This document shows, one piece after another, positions 24,312 through 26,151 of a stretch of DNA of 26,151 nucleotides. The translations under genes and the position numbers were made by a program. Below the pieces are notes generated by a model. The model searched no databases. It saw only the letters and a list, made by a program, of their open reading frames with translations, and had not been told where the DNA came from. This stretch comes from a virus (lineage: Duplodnaviria > Caudoviricetes): positions 1-26,151 of the IMG/VR virus record IMGVR_UViG_3300017760_000071; one strand, 5' to 3'. Position 1 is the stretch's first letter; every line of letters starts with the position of its first letter.

Positions 24312-24584
24312 ATGAATGCGGATAATAATTTCACACAAGAAATCATTAACAAAACTAAACAACAAAACTCAGTAAAAGTCTCAAAGCAATGTGAATACGA
24401 TGCTAGACTTGCAGATGAAAAAATAAAACTTTGCAAAACCTGTAATAGATGTTGGGAAGTTGATAAAGAAGCAACAAAATCATCTTATAATAGAAAAATA
24501 GGAAGAATTGTGTATTCTTACTATGAAGACTTCCCAAAATATGGTAAGCAAATTCAAGAATGTTTAAAATGTAAAGGAGAATAA
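24312..24584 (+). CDS. Hypothetical protein with two CxxC pairs
   Basis: AGGA RBS before ATG 24312; 'CKTCNRCW...CLKC'. Confidence 0.65.
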   Translation: MNADNNFTQEIINKTKQQNSVKVSKQCEYDARLADEKIKLCKTCNRCWEVDKEATKSSYNRKIGRIVYSYYEDFPKYGKQIQECLKCKGE

Positions 24585-24585
24585 T

Positions 24586-24732
24586 ATGAAATTCTGGTTA
24601 CAGTCATTACAAGAAAATGGATTTGATGTATTTATTGTAGTATATCTTGCATTGTTATTTATTGGCTATCATTACTTAATGAGATGGTTTATCAAAAATC
24701 AAATTGATGAATTATACAGGAAGTTAAAATGA
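24586..24732 (+). CDS. 48-aa single-pass membrane micro-protein
   Basis: Not in the ORF track. AAGGAG RBS and ATGA overlap with the next gene: MKFWLQSLQENGFDVFIVVYLALLFIGYHYLMRWFIKNQIDELYRKLK. Confidence 0.7.
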   Translation: MKFWLQSLQENGFDVFIVVYLALLFIGYHYLMRWFIKNQIDELYRKLK

Positions 24733-25076
24733 CAGCTAAAGAATACGAACAGTTTAGAGATCACTTTCTACATCTTACATTAAAATTATCAGATGAAAAG
24801 CGAATTGAGTATACAGAAGGAAATCAAAATACTAACGTATTATGGAACTTTGAAAGCATAGGCAAAAAGTTAGGCTTGGAGCCTATGCAAGTTCTATCTG
24901 TGTACTTAAATAAACACTTATCCAGTCTTCAAAGTTATTTTAAAGATGGACAAGAGCATTCATCTGAGTCTATTGAGGGACGTGTGAGTGATATTATTAA
25001 CTATTTATTGCTTTTTCTAGCAATGAAGCAAACATACGAAACTAAAAAAGGACTTCAGGACGATCCTGAGTGTTAA
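24729..25076 (+). CDS. All-alpha nucleotide pyrophosphohydrolase-like protein (DUF1599 / MazG-like fold)
   Basis: 'KRIEY...NF...KH...ESIEGRVSDIINYLLL'. Confidence 0.55.
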   Translation: MTAKEYEQFRDHFLHLTLKLSDEKRIEYTEGNQNTNVLWNFESIGKKLGLEPMQVLSVYLNKHLSSLQSYFKDGQEHSSESIEGRVSDIINYLLLFLAMKQTYETKKGLQDDPEC

Positions 25077-25081
25077 AAGAA

Positions 25082-25168
25082 ATAGCGCAAGTTAAACATA
25101 AGTATTTGAAAATTTATTCAAACTGATTACTAAATACAAACCGTTTAGCTTGTGCTATAATTTTTTTT
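25082..25168 (+). terminator. Long stem with large structured loop and T-tract at the convergence of the two arms
   Basis: AUAGCGCAAGUUAAAC (25082-25097) pairs with GUUUAGCUUGUGCUAU (25143-25158), followed by AAUUUUUUUU. Confidence 0.6.
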
Positions 25169-26151
25169 ATACATCTAGGTACTCTTCTATTTCTTCTAAT
25201 TGCATTCGTTGCTTTTTAGCCCTTTCAATCCTACTTTTCATTTGATTGTAAGGAATCCTAAAGAGTATCTCTGGTGCTCTTTCCACACCTCTAAATGGTC
25301 TATCATCAGTTAATTGTTTAATTTGTCGTACACCACGACCAAATGGAAACATAGTATACATAGTATAATTAGTAAAATCTTCATACTGACCTGTTAATAA
25401 CTCACCAAAAGCCTCTGGTACTCTAGCAATAGGTGGCTTGAGTACATTAAGAGGGCCAAGCTTTGAGCCAAAGAACGCCATTTCTTTTTCACGTTTATCA
25501 CCAAAAGTATAATCAGCTAAAGCTTGAACCCAGTCCCAAGGTGGAGGCAATGTAGTATCAAACAGGCTAAACATGAATGCACCACCTAATGCATACATCA
25601 TCATGTCTATAGCAAAAGTATCTTTAAATCTTTCGTAAGATTCACTACCTTCTTTAAATCCATTTAACTTTGCTTGTCTGTAAAATTCTTTACGCATACG
25701 TACACTATTAAATACAAATAACTTAAATCTACCTAAAACTTTACCCATAGAAGTTCTCATAAATGCAGGTCTATGAGCATTTTGATATAAAAACTGCGTC
25801 ATTTCTATACCACGTTCAGCTCTCTCAAACACATACTGATCAGCTAATGATAAATCTTTACCAGCTCCTTTAAAACCTTCAACAGCTTGTAAACCATGAG
25901 CAATAAAAGCATTCAAACGATTTACTCGTTCAGATTGCTTCATAAGAAAACCCCCTGTTTTCATCATTAAATCTTTAACGCCATAACGATTAACAACATC
26001 CATAACGTTTTCATCACGATTTCCTTTCTTACTTTTAGCAGCTTTTATTAAATCACGCTGAAAATCTTTAATATTAACTCCAGCTTTTTTTAAACCACTG
26101 GACATAGTTTCATTATATTCAAATTCATTTTTAATAAAGTTATCAATAACA
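25167..26151 (-). CDS. C-terminal part of a large protein, probably an internal virion/ejection protein
   Basis: The frame stays open from 26105 to the window edge. Helical, with 'TQFLY...RPAFMR...GKVLGRFKLFVFN' and amphipathic/hydrophobic segments typical of the C-termini of large podovirus core proteins. Confidence 0.6.
   Translation of the reverse strand, partial: VIDNFIKNEFEYNETMSSGLKKAGVNIKDFQRDLIKAAKSKKGNRDENVMDVVNRYGVKDLMMKTGGFLMKQSERVNRLNAFIAHGLQAVEGFKGAGKDLSLADQYVFERAERGIEMTQFLYQNAHRPAFMRTSMGKVLGRFKLFVFNSVRMRKEFYRQAKLNGFKEGSESYERFKDTFAIDMMMYALGGAFMFSLFDTTLPPPWDWVQALADYTFGDKREKEMAFFGSKLGPLNVLKPPIARVPEAFGELLTGQYEDFTNYTMYTMFPFGRGVRQIKQLTDDRPFRGVERAPEILFRIPYNQMKSRIERAKKQRMQLEEIEEYLDV

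Noticed and set aside
1-26151. Stop-codon reassignment
   Set aside because: Terminase, portal, capsid and primase are full length in the standard code, and TAA, TAG and TGA all end genes at tight junctions.

Overview
This AT-rich window is part of a tailed dsDNA phage genome (Caudoviricetes, podovirus-like gene set) in the standard genetic code, with strong AGGAG-type ribosome binding sites (RBS). It has two divergent arms separated by a non-coding region at about 13564-13946. The left arm (minus strand) is the packaging and virion operon: small terminase, a PD-(D/E)XK nuclease, large terminase, portal, two accessory genes, scaffold, DUF5309/SU10-like major capsid, decoration protein, adaptor proteins, small virion proteins and the start of a tail-fibre-like gene. 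The right arm (plus strand, 13947-25076) is a complete early/replication block: many small ORFs, a PD-(D/E)XK nuclease, DUF932, a His-rich protein paired with a DUF6745-like protein, a Sak/DUF1071 annealing protein, a probable SSB, an AEP primase-helicase fusion, a Holliday junction resolvase and a DUF1599/MazG-like protein. It converges on the 3' end of a large minus-strand gene, probably an internal virion protein. Main unexplained signals: (1) two unrelated genes between portal and scaffold share a C-terminal peptide, NPFxxxLPQG(D/N)T(M/L)x6-stop, which may be a capsid cargo-loading tag; (2) a 74-nt three-way-junction RNA exposes an anti-Shine-Dalgarno strand complementary to an upstream phage RBS; (3) a CTTCCTYTAT motif recurs in early intergenic leaders; (4) a 16-bp-period palindrome array abuts terS. 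All family assignments come from motif recognition by eye; no searches were run.
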